The translations under genes were made by a program, and so were the position numbers. A DNA stretch of 64,000 nt, taken from Vulcanimicrobiota bacterium (lineage in GTDB: Bacteria; Vulcanimicrobiota; Vulcanimicrobiia; Eremiobacterales; Eremiobacteraceae). Shown piece by piece: positions 20,906 to 31,292 of this stretch. The notes under the pieces are model-generated. The model was not told the DNA's origin. It ran no database searches and worked only from the letters and a program-made list of their open reading frames with translations. Where the stretch lies: positions 608,001-672,000 of the forward strand of contig CAWETU010000001.1 of the NCBI GenBank assembly GCA_963812135.1. The letters run 5' to 3'. The stretch's first letter is position 1. The number at the start of each line of letters is the position of its first letter.

Positions 20906-21419
20906 GCGCGCGAAACGCTCCGGCGGAGCGGTGAGAAAAGGCAAACCGGTGGCGCGTCCGGCTCGGGCGGCAAGCGCGTCAACTTCGCGCGCGGCGCTGA
21001 CCGCCGCGTCGCTTGCTCCCAAACGCAACGGCATCGCAAGCACGCGTAACACGATCGGCACGCTCGACGACGCGGCGGTGCTCACGCTCGCGCGCCAGTG
21101 CCGCGACGCCGCGCTCGGCAAGAAGGCCGAAGACGTCGTCATGCTCGACATCCGCAAGCTCGCCAATTTCGCCGACTTCTTCGTGCTGGCCACCGGCCGC
21201 TCGCTCATCCAAGCGCGCGCCGTCGCCGACGCGGTCGTCGAAGCGTGCGAGGACGCGTTCGGCTCGCCCATCCGTACCGAAGGGTACAGCGAAGGCGGCT
21301 GGATCCTGGTGGATTACGGACCGGTGATCGTGCACGTGTTCTTGCCGCAGACGCGCGAGTTCTACAACTTGGAACGGCTCTGGGGCAAACCCACGGCGGC
21401 GGCGAAGCGCACGCCATGA
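20889..21419 (+). CDS. rsfS: Ribosome silencing factor
   Basis: KKAEDV, WILVDYG, REFYNLERLW; basic N-terminal extension. Confidence 0.9.
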   Translation: MARRPKRAKRSGGAVRKGKPVARPARAASASTSRAALTAASLAPKRNGIASTRNTIGTLDDAAVLTLARQCRDAALGKKAEDVVMLDIRKLANFADFFVLATGRSLIQARAVADAVVEACEDAFGSPIRTEGYSEGGWILVDYGPVIVHVFLPQTREFYNLERLWGKPTAAAKRTP

Positions 21420-21550
21420 TGTTCGGTAAGATGAAGAAAAAGACGCGCGAAAAGATCTATCGCGCGTTCACGTTCGGGTTCTTGCTCATCTTTTTGCTCT
21501 CCGTCGTGGCGGCGCTGCTCATCACGGGTCTGCAGGCACCTTCACACTGA
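21416..21550 (+). CDS. Small membrane protein (DUF4044-like layout)
   Basis: 44 aa, basic N-terminus plus one TM helix; ATG overlaps rsfS stop. Confidence 0.6.
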   Translation: MMFGKMKKKTREKIYRAFTFGFLLIFLLSVVAALLITGLQAPSH

Positions 21551-21552
21551 TC

Positions 21553-22209
21553 GTGATGGCCGTTCGTACGCGTTCATTCGCATTTTTTGTCGCCGTCGCG
21601 CTCTTCGCGGCTGCCGCGCTGTGCTCTCTCCCGGCACTTGCGGCGGCATCGAAATATGTCGACGATGGCGCAGCGATGTTCGGCGCTGATGCGATCGCGC
21701 GCGTCACCGCGATCGACGATTCGCTCCAACGCCGCACCGGCAAGACGGTCACGGTCGTGACGGTGAAGACGACCAACGGCGTGCCGGTCCAAGAAGCGGC
21801 CGCAAACGAAGCAAAGGCGCGCCACCTGAACGGCGCGATCATCTATGCCGCCCGCGACGACCGGCAATTCGCCGTCGCCTACGCCGCGAAGACGAGCCAG
21901 CTTCTCTCACCCGCGCTGCAGACCTCGATCAAACAAGCGCTGAGCGCCGCGTTTCGCGCGGGTGACTACGACGGCGGATTGGTGACCGCGGTGAGCGCGA
22001 TCGCCGACGTGATCGAAGGCGGCGCGTCGGGCGGGCATGGACCCGCACCTCAATCGGTCAATGCGGCGCAGCAGCGCTGGAACTCCACTGGGTACGACAT
22101 CAGCTGGATCTGGTGGGTGGTCGGGGGTATCGTGGTGATTTTGATCGTGCGCGCCTTGATCGTGCGACGCCCTCCATCGACAGCCAAAGGCGCCGGAGGG
22201 GGCCGGTAG
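21553..22209 (+). CDS. TPM domain membrane protein
   Basis: Signal peptide, YVDDGAAMF...FRAGDYDGGL, C-terminal TM helix. Confidence 0.8.
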   Translation: MMAVRTRSFAFFVAVALFAAAALCSLPALAAASKYVDDGAAMFGADAIARVTAIDDSLQRRTGKTVTVVTVKTTNGVPVQEAAANEAKARHLNGAIIYAARDDRQFAVAYAAKTSQLLSPALQTSIKQALSAAFRAGDYDGGLVTAVSAIADVIEGGASGGHGPAPQSVNAAQQRWNSTGYDISWIWWVVGGIVVILIVRALIVRRPPSTAKGAGGGR

Positions 22210-22337
22210 TGCTGTCTTTTGCCATCATCGCGCTAGCGCTGCTCCTCTTCATCGCGGTGGCACTCGCCATCGGCTCGGTCTTCGTCGAGCGGCCCGACGT
22301 ACCTGACGCCGAGGAGCCTCAGCCCGGCCCAGAGTGA
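22209..22337 (+). CDS. Small membrane protein
   Basis: GTG overlapping upstream stop; hydrophobic N-terminus, acidic tail. Confidence 0.45.
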   Translation: MLSFAIIALALLLFIAVALAIGSVFVERPDVPDAEEPQPGPE

Positions 22338-22373
22338 AGTGAACCGGCCGCCCCTCGGCGGCATACCTTGTGC

Positions 22374-22697
22374 ATGATACAGATAAGCTTTCTCCTGGCC
22401 GCAGCGCTGAGCGCAGCGCTTGCTTCCGGCACCCCCGCCGACACGCACGTCACCATCGAGAACTATGCGTTCAAAGCGCCGACCGTGACGATCGCCGCCG
22501 GCAGCGCGGTGATCTGGAAGAACACCGACGACGATCCGCACACCGTCACCGCGGATGACGGATCGTTCGACTCCAAAGGCATGGCGCAGGGCGACACGTT
22601 CAAGCACGTGTTCACCAAGCCCGGTACCTACCCGTATCATTGCTCGGCGCATCCGTATATGAAGGGCGTCGTCATCGTCCAAGGGGCGCAAACATGA
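22374..22697 (+). CDS. Cupredoxin (amicyanin/plastocyanin-like)
   Basis: PHTVT and YHCSAHPYM type-1 copper ligands. Confidence 0.9.
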   Translation: MIQISFLLAAALSAALASGTPADTHVTIENYAFKAPTVTIAAGSAVIWKNTDDDPHTVTADDGSFDSKGMAQGDTFKHVFTKPGTYPYHCSAHPYMKGVVIVQGAQT

Positions 22698-23617
22698 GCA
22701 AGAAGGTAGACCGCAGCGAGTTCCTCGAGTGCATGGCGTGGTGCGGCACCGGCGTCGTCTACGGACTGACCGGTGCCGGGCTGATAGGGAAGCCATTTGG
22801 CGCGTTCGATATCGCCTCGGCGGCCGACATCCCGGGAGCGACCGCCACCTTCGTGCAGATCAGCGACACGCACATCGGCTTTCACGGCGAAGCGAACGGC
22901 AATGTGATCGGCACGTTCCAATCGGCGATCGACAAGATCAACGCGTTGCCCCGCCGACCGGACTTCGTGATGCACACGGGCGACCTGAGCCACGTCTCAA
23001 AGCCGGAGGAGTTCGACACGGTCAAGCAGATGCTCGGCACGATCAAGACCGGTTCGGTCTTCACGGTGCCTGGCGAGCATGACGTGATCAACGATCAGGG
23101 CAAGATGTATTTCTCGATGTTCCAAGCCGGTACGCCGACGCCGTGGTACAGCTTCGACATGGCCGGCGTGCACGCGCTCGCACTGACCAACGTGCTGAAC
23201 ATCACGGCCGGCGGCATCCTCGGGCGCGATCAGCTCGACTGGGCCAAACACGATCTCGCGCTGCAAAAACCGTCGACGCCGATCGTGGTCTTCGCCCACA
23301 TCCCGCTTGCCGCTGTGTATCCCGAATGGGGTTGGACGACGGATGACTACGCCGAACTGCTCACGCTGCTGCAGCCGTTCGAATCGGTGACGGTGCTCAA
23401 CGGCCACATCCATCAGGTCTTCCAGAAGAACGATGGGAAGGTGCAGTTCTACACCGCGGCGTCGACCGCGTTCCCGCAGCCCAAGCCCGGCAGCCGTCCC
23501 AAACCGGGTCCACTGACCGTGCCCGCGGGCGAGTTGGCCAACTATCTTGGGATTCGAACCATTACGGTGCACGAAGGGGACGGCCAGATCGCCATCGCGG
23601 ACGCATCGCTCACCTAA
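22694..23617 (+). CDS. Metallophosphoesterase (Icc/CpdA-like)
   Basis: SDTHIG, HTGDL, PGEHD, NGHIHQ. Confidence 0.88.
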   Translation: MSKKVDRSEFLECMAWCGTGVVYGLTGAGLIGKPFGAFDIASAADIPGATATFVQISDTHIGFHGEANGNVIGTFQSAIDKINALPRRPDFVMHTGDLSHVSKPEEFDTVKQMLGTIKTGSVFTVPGEHDVINDQGKMYFSMFQAGTPTPWYSFDMAGVHALALTNVLNITAGGILGRDQLDWAKHDLALQKPSTPIVVFAHIPLAAVYPEWGWTTDDYAELLTLLQPFESVTVLNGHIHQVFQKNDGKVQFYTAASTAFPQPKPGSRPKPGPLTVPAGELANYLGIRTITVHEGDGQIAIADASLT

Positions 23618-23675
23618 ACCACTAGCGCGCGGGGCCGCGCCGCGGCCGATTCGGACGATTTTGCCGATATATCAG

Positions 23676-24932
23676 ATGATGGCGTCGTCTGAAGCGGTCG
23701 CGGTTCGCTCGTCGGCAGCGGGATCACCCCACATCGCGTTCATGGACGGCATGCGCGGCATCGCCGTGCTCATGGTGCTGCTCTACCACCTCAAGGAAGC
23801 GCTCAGGTCCGACATCCACCTCGGATCAGGCCCATTCAACGTCGGCATCAACACGTTCGCCGGCGCCGGCTTCATGGGCGTCGAGGTGTTTTTCTTCATC
23901 AGCGGCTTCGTCTTGTTCTATCCATATGCGCGCACGCTGTTCGAGGGCAAACCGTTGCAGACGGTGGCGCATTTCGCCGATCGGCGCGCGCTCAAGATCC
24001 TGCCGAGCTATCTGTTCTCGCTGACGTTCATGACATTGTTCCTCTTAGTGATACTGCCGCGGCCACTCGATCTCGTGGCTGTCATGGCGCTCGTGAAAAA
24101 CTACGGCGTGCACCTGATCTTCGCGCACTCGGTTTCCAAAGCGACGTTTTTCGCGATCAACGGGCCGCTGTGGTCGCTAGCGGTCGAGATACAGTTCTAT
24201 CTGATCTTCCCGATCGTCGCGTGGGCGTTCCGGCGCTGGGCACTTGCCACACCGCTCGTGCTCATCGCGCTCGCACAAGCCTATCGCTGGCATCTCGAAA
24301 TGCACGGCGGCGCGAGCAACTCCTTCTACGTCTATCAGCTGCCCGGGTTTCTCGATCTCTTCGCCTTCGGCATGGTCAGCTCGTACCTGACGGTGATGTT
24401 CCGTGCGCGCTTCCCGCAACTCGCCCGCTGGTGGCCCGTGTTCACCATCATCTCGCTGCTCGCCGCAGCCGGCTTGAACGCGATGTTCGCAAGTCTGGTC
24501 CAGTCGGGCGGCGGACCAGCCGCATGGCATTGGCAGAACACATTCCGTCCGATCTTCGGCGTGCTGCTCGCCGTCTTCGCGACCGCCGGCATGCTCGCCG
24601 CACCGTTGTGGCAGAAGATCATCGCCAATCGCGTCTTCGTCTATCTTGCGTTCATCTCGTACAATCTCTACTTATGGAACAAGTTCGTGATCCTGTGGGT
24701 GGCGGTGCACTGGCTGCCGTTCTTCCGCAATTGGCCGCACTCGACGCTCATCGCGAATCTCTTGCCGTTCGTGTGCGCGCTGCTCATCGGCATCGCCGCG
24801 ACTTATCTGATCGAGCGCCCGTTCTTGGACCATGGATGGGCGGTCTTGGGGTGGCGCGTGCCGCGCAAGGTAGAGCTCAAGGCGCCCTCGACCGCGACAA
24901 GTCCGGACCGTCCTGCTGCGGAAAGGCTCTAG
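23676..24932 (+). CDS. Membrane acyltransferase family 3
   Basis: DGMRGIAVLMVLLYH, FFFISGF, WSLAVEIQFY, SYNLYLW. Confidence 0.9.
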   Translation: MMASSEAVAVRSSAAGSPHIAFMDGMRGIAVLMVLLYHLKEALRSDIHLGSGPFNVGINTFAGAGFMGVEVFFFISGFVLFYPYARTLFEGKPLQTVAHFADRRALKILPSYLFSLTFMTLFLLVILPRPLDLVAVMALVKNYGVHLIFAHSVSKATFFAINGPLWSLAVEIQFYLIFPIVAWAFRRWALATPLVLIALAQAYRWHLEMHGGASNSFYVYQLPGFLDLFAFGMVSSYLTVMFRARFPQLARWWPVFTIISLLAAAGLNAMFASLVQSGGGPAAWHWQNTFRPIFGVLLAVFATAGMLAAPLWQKIIANRVFVYLAFISYNLYLWNKFVILWVAVHWLPFFRNWPHSTLIANLLPFVCALLIGIAATYLIERPFLDHGWAVLGWRVPRKVELKAPSTATSPDRPAAERL

Positions 24933-24964
24933 GTCCCCGCGAGTACGCAGCCGAACTGAGCGAA

Positions 24965-27743
24965 ATGCCATCCGATGGGGCTGAAGTCAGAGCCAAGGTT
25001 CCGGTTGCTTTGCCTACGGGTACGGTAACGTTCCTATTTTCTGACGTGGAAGGCTCCACGCAGCGCTGGGAGCGGCACCGCGAAGCGATGAAGGCCGCCG
25101 TCGCCCGTCACGAGCAGCTCATGCGGGCTGCGATCGAGCAACACGGCGGCTACATCTTCAAGAGCATGGGCGATGCGTTCTGCGTCGCCTTCCCCACCCC
25201 ACCGCAAGCCCTTCGCGCCGCGGTCGACGCTCAACGCGCCGTCGCAGGAGAGGACTTTTCAAGCGTTGATGGCCTGCGCGTGCGCATGGGCCTTCACACA
25301 GGCTATGCTGAGGAGCGCAACGCCGACTACTTCGGTCCGGCCGTCAACCGCGCCGCGAGACTCATGTCCATCGGCCATGGCGGCCAGGTGCTGCTATCAG
25401 CTGAGCACTCGCGAACTCGCCCACAGCGATCTTCCCGCCGGCGTGTCGCTCGTCGACCTCGGTTCCCATCGGCTCAAGGACCTTGCCGAAGCAGAACAGG
25501 TGTGGCAGCTGACCATTGAAGGTCTGCCGGCAAGCTTCGCGCCGCTCAAGTCGCTCGATACGATTCCGAACAACCTCCCCATTCAGCCGACAAGTTTTCG
25601 CGGGCGCGAGCACGACCTCGAGAACGTGAAGGGTCTGCTCGGTCAGCACAAGTTGTTGACGCTGTTCGGCTCCGGCGGTGTCGGCAAAACGCGGCTGGCA
25701 TTGCAGGTCGGAGCAGACGTGCTCGACCAGTATCCTGATGGGGTCTGGCTGGCGGACTTTGCCCCCATCACAGACCCGGAGCTTGTCTCGAGCATCATCG
25801 CAAAAGAATTGGGCATGACCCAGGTCGAGGGCCGCAGAGTTGACGAGTCCATTATCCAGTGGCTCAAACGCAAGAAGCTGCTGCTCATTCTCGATAATTG
25901 CGAGCACGTCTTGGAAACGGTCGCAGCGATCGCCAACTCGATCCTGCGTGCTTGCCCCGACGTGCGGATGCTCGCCACCTCGCGCCAGGCGCTTGGCGTC
26001 AGCGGCGAGCAGGTTCTGCGACTTCCCTCGCTGGACGTGCCGCACAAGATCGTCGACCTCACCCCTGAAGCGGTGATAGAATTTGGCGCCGTGGCCCTGT
26101 TCGTCGATCGTGCTCGGTCGGTCGACGCCTCCTTTGCGCTCACGAGCGACTCAGCGCCCATCGTTGCCGACATATGCCGTCGCCTCGATGGTATTCCGTT
26201 GGCCATCGAACTTGCCGCTGCGCGCGTGAAAGTGCTCAGCATCCCGAACCTCGCACAGCGGCTCAACGAACGCTTCAAGATACTCACCAGCGGCAGCCGT
26301 AGTGCGCTGCCGCGCCAGAAGACGCTCAGCGCGCTTATCGACTGGAGCTACGACCTGCTCAGCCCGCCGGAGCAGATGCTGTTCACTAGGGCGGCGATCT
26401 TCGCCGGTGGCTTCAGCCTTGACGCGGCGACGGCGGTGGTCGGCGGTGAAGGCCTCGATGAGATCGAGGTTTTGGACGTGCTCTCGTCGCTGACCGACAA
26501 ATCGTTGGTCGTGGCCGACACGTCGGGAGAGCAAGAGCGCTATCACTTGCTTGAATCTACTCGTGCCTACGCCCTTGACAAGCTTATCGCCGCAGGCGAA
26601 CGCGACCGGCTGGCACGCGCGCACGCCGAGTACTTTCGTCACAAGGCGGAGGAAGCCGACAAACGTTTGGGGATGGGCTCGACTGCGGCCTGGTTTGCGG
26701 ATGTGCAGCTGGAGTTGGACAACTATCGTGCTGCACTTGAGTGGGCGCTGACTCAGGGAAATGATGCCGTGGTGGGCGCCGCCATCGCCGGTGCTCTCCA
26801 ATACTTCTGGCGGCGAGCGGGCCTGGCCGTCGAGGGCCGCTACTGGATTGAACCTGCGCTCAAGCGCCTGAACGCCGCTGAAAACCCGCAAGTCGCGGCG
26901 AGGTTGTGGCTTGCGCTCGCGGGGCTTCATTCGGCGCGGCGTGCGTGCGAAGCCGCTGAGCAAGCGGTTACTCTTTACGAGTCTGTCGGCGACGGCCAGG
27001 GCGCGGCTCGCGCGCTTAGCAGTCTTGCCTATGGTCTTTCCCAGATGGGCCGCACTGACGAGTCGGATGAGACCAGCAAACGAGCACTTGCTGCATTGCG
27101 CGGGTACGGGGATAAGCGAGGTGAGGCGGGGTGCCTCAGGCAGCTGGCGAGTAACACGACCTATCGAGGTGCAGTTGCCGACGGGCGCGATCTCTATGCG
27201 CAGGCGCTTGCGCTCTATAAGGAGCTCGGCAACGAAAGCGGAGCTGCGGTCGTCCTTGCAAACCTGGCGGAACTGGAGTTTGCAGACGGGCACCCCGAAG
27301 AGGCCCTGCGTTCGGTGAGCGAATCGCTTGAGATGGACCCGAGCCGCGGAGCTGATATACAAAACATGGCCATGTACCGCTCGAATAGCGCGGCATATCG
27401 AATCGCTGTCGGAGACACTGACGGAGCTCTCGCGTTGGCGCGTGAAGGGCTGACCCTCGCACGCCGCGCTCAAGCGCCATACCTTGTCGCGTACGTGTTG
27501 CAACATTTGGCATTGATCATGGCGCTGCGCGGTCAGACACAAAGTGCAGCGAAGCTGTTGGGCCACGTCGATGTGCAGCTCAAGGAGCTCGGGTGGGAGC
27601 GGGAACCCACCGAGCAGTGGGGCTACGAGAAGCTCATGGCCGCGCTGCGCGAGCATTTGAACGCCGCAGAAATAGAAAAACTAGCGGCCGAAGGCGCGAC
27701 CTGGTCGGAAGATAGAGCGGTCGAAGAGACGCTGAGGCTTTAG
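24965..27743 (+). CDS. Adenylate/guanylate cyclase + STAND ATPase + TPR protein (frameshift near 25400)
   Basis: TFLFSDVEGST and VNRAAR in the first frame; GSGGVGKTRL, LDNCEH, LDGIPLAIELAA in the second frame. Confidence 0.85.
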
Positions 27744-27747
27744 TCCG

Positions 27748-28320
27748 TTGAGTTTCGAGGTCATCACTGCGGTCGCGGCCGTCGGCACGTTTCTGGTCAT
27801 CGCGGCCACCGCGGTCGCCGCGTTTGTGCAGCTGCGCCATCTGAGCGGATCGAATTCGATCAGTGCGCTCACCGAAAGCCGCGAGATACTCGAAAGCGCC
27901 GAATTCGCCGCGGCGCAGCGCTTTGTCGCATACACGTTGCCAGAGCTCCTGAAGGACCCAGCGGTCCGTGAGCAGTTGAACGAGAGTCCGACCCCAGAAG
28001 AACTTCGACCGGTGATCCAGGTCGGAAATTTCTTCGAGTCGCTTGGCGGCTTCATCAGACACGGGATCGTCGACCGTGACATCGCCGTCTCTTTGTGGTC
28101 CAGCGTCGTTATCAGAAACTGGGAGTGCCTGGCACCGGCGCTTGCGATCATGCGCCGCACGTCTGGTCCATCGCTGTGGGAGCAATTCGAGTATCTCGCC
28201 CGCGTCTCCAAGGACTGGATCGACTCACACCCCCGCGGGGATTACCCGGCCGGCGTCGCGCACATGCCGGTGACCGACGTTTGGTTGGACGCGGATAGAG
28301 CCTCCGAAGCAGGCCGCTAG
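27748..28320 (+). CDS. Membrane-anchored hypothetical protein (DUF4760-like)
   Basis: N-terminal TM helix; NFFESLG...WEQFEYLA. Confidence 0.6.
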   Translation: MSFEVITAVAAVGTFLVIAATAVAAFVQLRHLSGSNSISALTESREILESAEFAAAQRFVAYTLPELLKDPAVREQLNESPTPEELRPVIQVGNFFESLGGFIRHGIVDRDIAVSLWSSVVIRNWECLAPALAIMRRTSGPSLWEQFEYLARVSKDWIDSHPRGDYPAGVAHMPVTDVWLDADRASEAGR

Positions 28321-28324
28321 TCTC

Positions 28325-29281
28325 CTACAGGGCCGATAACAGCGCTTTGGCGTGTTCGCTGACGTCGCCGACGAGCAAGTAGTCGGCGATCTGCTGGATA
28401 GGCGCGCTCTGCTGATCCACGATCGCGACGATCGTGCTGGCGCCGCTCACTGCCGCGTTGTGTTCGGTCGAGCCGCTCACGCCGATCGCGATGTATAACT
28501 CGGGCGCGATGCTCTTGCCAGGCAACGAATTCGCGTCCACGAGTTGGGCGTTGAGCGCACGCGCGATACCGCGCGCTGCTTCTTGCACTTCTGTTGAAAG
28601 ATCTGATCTCATCGATACGAGTCGACGCGCTACACGCTCCGGTGAAGTGGGCGCGTCTCCGATCCGCTCACCGGGTGTGCTTGCATCCAATATCTGCGCG
28701 GCGAATGGCGCGCCGCCGCGCGGCACGAGCGTGACGACCGTCTTGCCGGCGCCGGCGCGGCTGGTCGTCTTGACGATGCCGCCGTATCGTAATCGCGTCG
28801 CGCGTACACCGCCGGTCTCATCGAGCGTCAGATCGCTGGCGCCGGCGAGCAGCGCACCACCGACGCCAGCGGCAACACGCGCCGCGATCGCAGGGCCGGC
28901 GCCGTCGTGCGGCAGGATCACCAAACCGTAGCCGTTCGCCTGCGACTCTTTGACGATGGCGTCGGCCACCGCGCCTGCGTCGAGCGGATCGACCCGCGCG
29001 CCGCTCGCTGTCGCGCCCACGCGGCGCGTGGCGCGCTCGACGATCGGGTTGATGCCCGAACGTTCGCCGAAGTCAACGACGAGAATGTTGCCGCCGGCGG
29101 TCTCGGTGGGCGTGGCGGAGATGATGGCGTGTGTCGGACACGCGCGCACGCACGCGTCGCAATCCACGCAGTTCTCGAAGATGACCGCCTTGTCGTTGAT
29201 GACGTCGATCGCGTTGAACGCGCACGCGCCCAAGCAGTCGCGCGAGCCGACGCACTTCTCGAGGTCGACCGTGACGGGCAT
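28325..29281 (-). CDS. etfA: Divergent ETF alpha subunit with N-terminal ferredoxin domain
   Basis: CVGSRDCLGAC and CVDCDACVRACP; APELYIAIGVSG; IADYLLVGD. Confidence 0.75.
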   Translation of the reverse strand: MPVTVDLEKCVGSRDCLGACAFNAIDVINDKAVIFENCVDCDACVRACPTHAIISATPTETAGGNILVVDFGERSGINPIVERATRRVGATASGARVDPLDAGAVADAIVKESQANGYGLVILPHDGAGPAIAARVAAGVGGALLAGASDLTLDETGGVRATRLRYGGIVKTTSRAGAGKTVVTLVPRGGAPFAAQILDASTPGERIGDAPTSPERVARRLVSMRSDLSTEVQEAARGIARALNAQLVDANSLPGKSIAPELYIAIGVSGSTEHNAAVSGASTIVAIVDQQSAPIQQIADYLLVGDVSEHAKALLSAL

Positions 29282-29282
29282 G

Positions 29283-30071
29283 TCAGACCAGCTGGCGGTC
29301 GCGCAGCGCGCCGACCAGCGTGATGGCGCGCGCCTCAGCGTCCGGACCGTCGACGATTTCGTTGGCTCGTTTCTTGCGGTTCGACTCGAGCGGTCCATCG
29401 GCTACGCCCGTACTAGGTATTGTAGAGATCGAATTCATGCGACCGTCCGACACGTCGGCGAGGGTGCGTTCCTCGACCGGTTTCTTCGAAGCGCGCATTA
29501 AGAGAATTGGTGAGATCGTGCGCGTCGCAATCCCGTAGGGAACAGCGGCGACGACGAGCGGCCTCGGCGCGTTCGATCGGACAAGCGATGCGCCATCGAT
29601 CTGAGTCACCCGCAGGTCAGCGCCTTCGATCTCCAATCCCACGACGTCCGCGCGTAGTCCGGCGCCGAGCGTCGAGGAGAGATATCCAGCGACAGCGCCG
29701 CTGCCATATGACGTCGTCTGTGGTCCGCACACCACGACATCTGCGCCCCCGTCCTTGGCGATCGCCGCGGCAAGCGCGCCTGCGACACCTGCTTCGTCAG
29801 CGGTCTCGAGCAACGGGTCGCTGATCGCGATGAGGCGCTGCGCGCCGAACACGGCAGCTTCGCGCAACGCCGCAGATGCGCCTGACCCTGCGGAATAGAC
29901 GTCGAATGTGGCACCTGAAGATTTCGCGAGTTGCGCCGCGAGTTCGAGCGCGTTGCGATCGGCGGGATTGAGAACTGGCTCAGCGTCTTGCAGATCGAGC
30001 AGCTGGCGAAAGCGGTCCCATTTCACCTTCTCGGGATTTGGGACCGCCGCGACGCAGACCGCGATGCGCAC
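29283..30071 (-). CDS. etfB: ETF beta subunit
   Basis: MRIAVCV..VP, LNPADRNALELA. Confidence 0.8.
   Translation of the reverse strand: MRIAVCVAAVPNPEKVKWDRFRQLLDLQDAEPVLNPADRNALELAAQLAKSSGATFDVYSAGSGASAALREAAVFGAQRLIAISDPLLETADEAGVAGALAAAIAKDGGADVVVCGPQTTSYGSGAVAGYLSSTLGAGLRADVVGLEIEGADLRVTQIDGASLVRSNAPRPLVVAAVPYGIATRTISPILLMRASKKPVEERTLADVSDGRMNSISTIPSTGVADGPLESNRKKRANEIVDGPDAEARAITLVGALRDRQLV
29422..29445 (+). repeat. Degenerate GTAG REP-like palindrome inside etfB
   Basis: GTAG-AGATCGAA-ttca-TGCGACCG; 4 mismatches to the copy at 31268. Confidence 0.5.
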
Positions 30072-30072
30072 G

Positions 30073-31248
30073 TTACTTGAGCAGCTCTCCGGCGATGACC
30101 ATGCGCTGGATCTCGTTCGTGCCTTCGTAGATCGCGAGGATGCGCGCGTCGCGATAGCCGCGTTCGATGCCGGTCTCGTTCATGAAGCCCATGCCGCCAT
30201 GGATCTGCAGCACGCGGTCGACCACCTGGATCGCCATGTCCGAGCAATAGCGCTTGACCATGGCGGCTTCCATCGAGAAGCGCTCGCCGCGATCGGCTTT
30301 CCACGCGGCGTTGTACACCATGTTGCGCGCCGCGTAGATCTCGGTGGCGATGTCGGCGAGCATGAACTGGATGGCTTGCTGCTTGGCGATCGGCTTGCCG
30401 AACTGCACGCGCTCCTTGGCATGCGCGATGGCCTTCTCGAGCGCGAACTGCGACGCGCCGACGCAGCCTGCGCCGAGCGAGAGGCGCCCCATATCGAGCG
30501 TCTTCATCGCGGTGATGAAGCCCATGCCGACCTGGCCGATGACGTGATCGGCCGGCACCTTCGCATCCGTGAACACCAATTCGCAGGTGTGGCTGCCGTG
30601 CAGGCCCATTTTCTTATCGTTCGGTCCGCGCTTGACGCCCGGCTGGTTGAGATCCACCCAGAACGCGGTGATGCCGCCGCGTGCACCCAGGCTCTTATCG
30701 GTGACGGCGAACACCGTCGCGAAGTCCGCGAGGTCGCCGTTGGTGATGAAATGCTTGACGCCGTTAAGCACGTAGGTGTCGCCTTCGCGCTTGGCGCTCG
30801 TCTGGATGTTCGCAGCGTCCGATCCGGCGGCCGGCTCGGAAAGCGCGAAGCACGCGATCTTCGCGCCCGCGCACAAGTCAGGGAAATATTTGTCCTTGAG
30901 CTCCTTGCTGCCGTCAAGGTACAGCGCCATCGCGCCGATGCTGCAATGCGCGCCGATGAGATTCGAGAAGCACGCGTTCGCGCGCCCGAGCTCTTCGAGC
31001 GCGATGCAGTAACCAAGCTCGCCTACGCCGGCGCCGCCGTACTCCTCGGCGAACGGCAGCCCGAACATGCCCATCTCTTTCATCTTGTCGATGGTGGCTT
31101 TGGGAATGTCGTCGGCGTCTTCGACTTGCTGGCTCACCGGCCACAGCTCTTTTTCGACGAACTCGCGGATCGAGCGCCGCAGCAGCTTCAGATCCTCGGG
31201 CAGTTCGAAGTTCAGGCCTTCGGGCGCGGCTTTGGTGGCGATAGCCAT
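30073..31248 (-). CDS. Acyl-CoA dehydrogenase
   Basis: FALSEPAAGSD, RVQFGKPI, IYEGTNEIQR. Confidence 0.93.
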   Translation of the reverse strand: MAIATKAAPEGLNFELPEDLKLLRRSIREFVEKELWPVSQQVEDADDIPKATIDKMKEMGMFGLPFAEEYGGAGVGELGYCIALEELGRANACFSNLIGAHCSIGAMALYLDGSKELKDKYFPDLCAGAKIACFALSEPAAGSDAANIQTSAKREGDTYVLNGVKHFITNGDLADFATVFAVTDKSLGARGGITAFWVDLNQPGVKRGPNDKKMGLHGSHTCELVFTDAKVPADHVIGQVGMGFITAMKTLDMGRLSLGAGCVGASQFALEKAIAHAKERVQFGKPIAKQQAIQFMLADIATEIYAARNMVYNAAWKADRGERFSMEAAMVKRYCSDMAIQVVDRVLQIHGGMGFMNETGIERGYRDARILAIYEGTNEIQRMVIAGELLK

Positions 31249-31267
31249 GATTTCTCTCCTTAAGAAT

Positions 31268-31291
31268 GTAGCGGTCGAATTTATTCGACCG
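31268..31291 (+). repeat. Intergenic GTAG REP-like palindrome
   Basis: GTAG-CGGTCGAA-ttta-TTCGACCG. Confidence 0.75.
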
Positions 31292-31292
31292 T

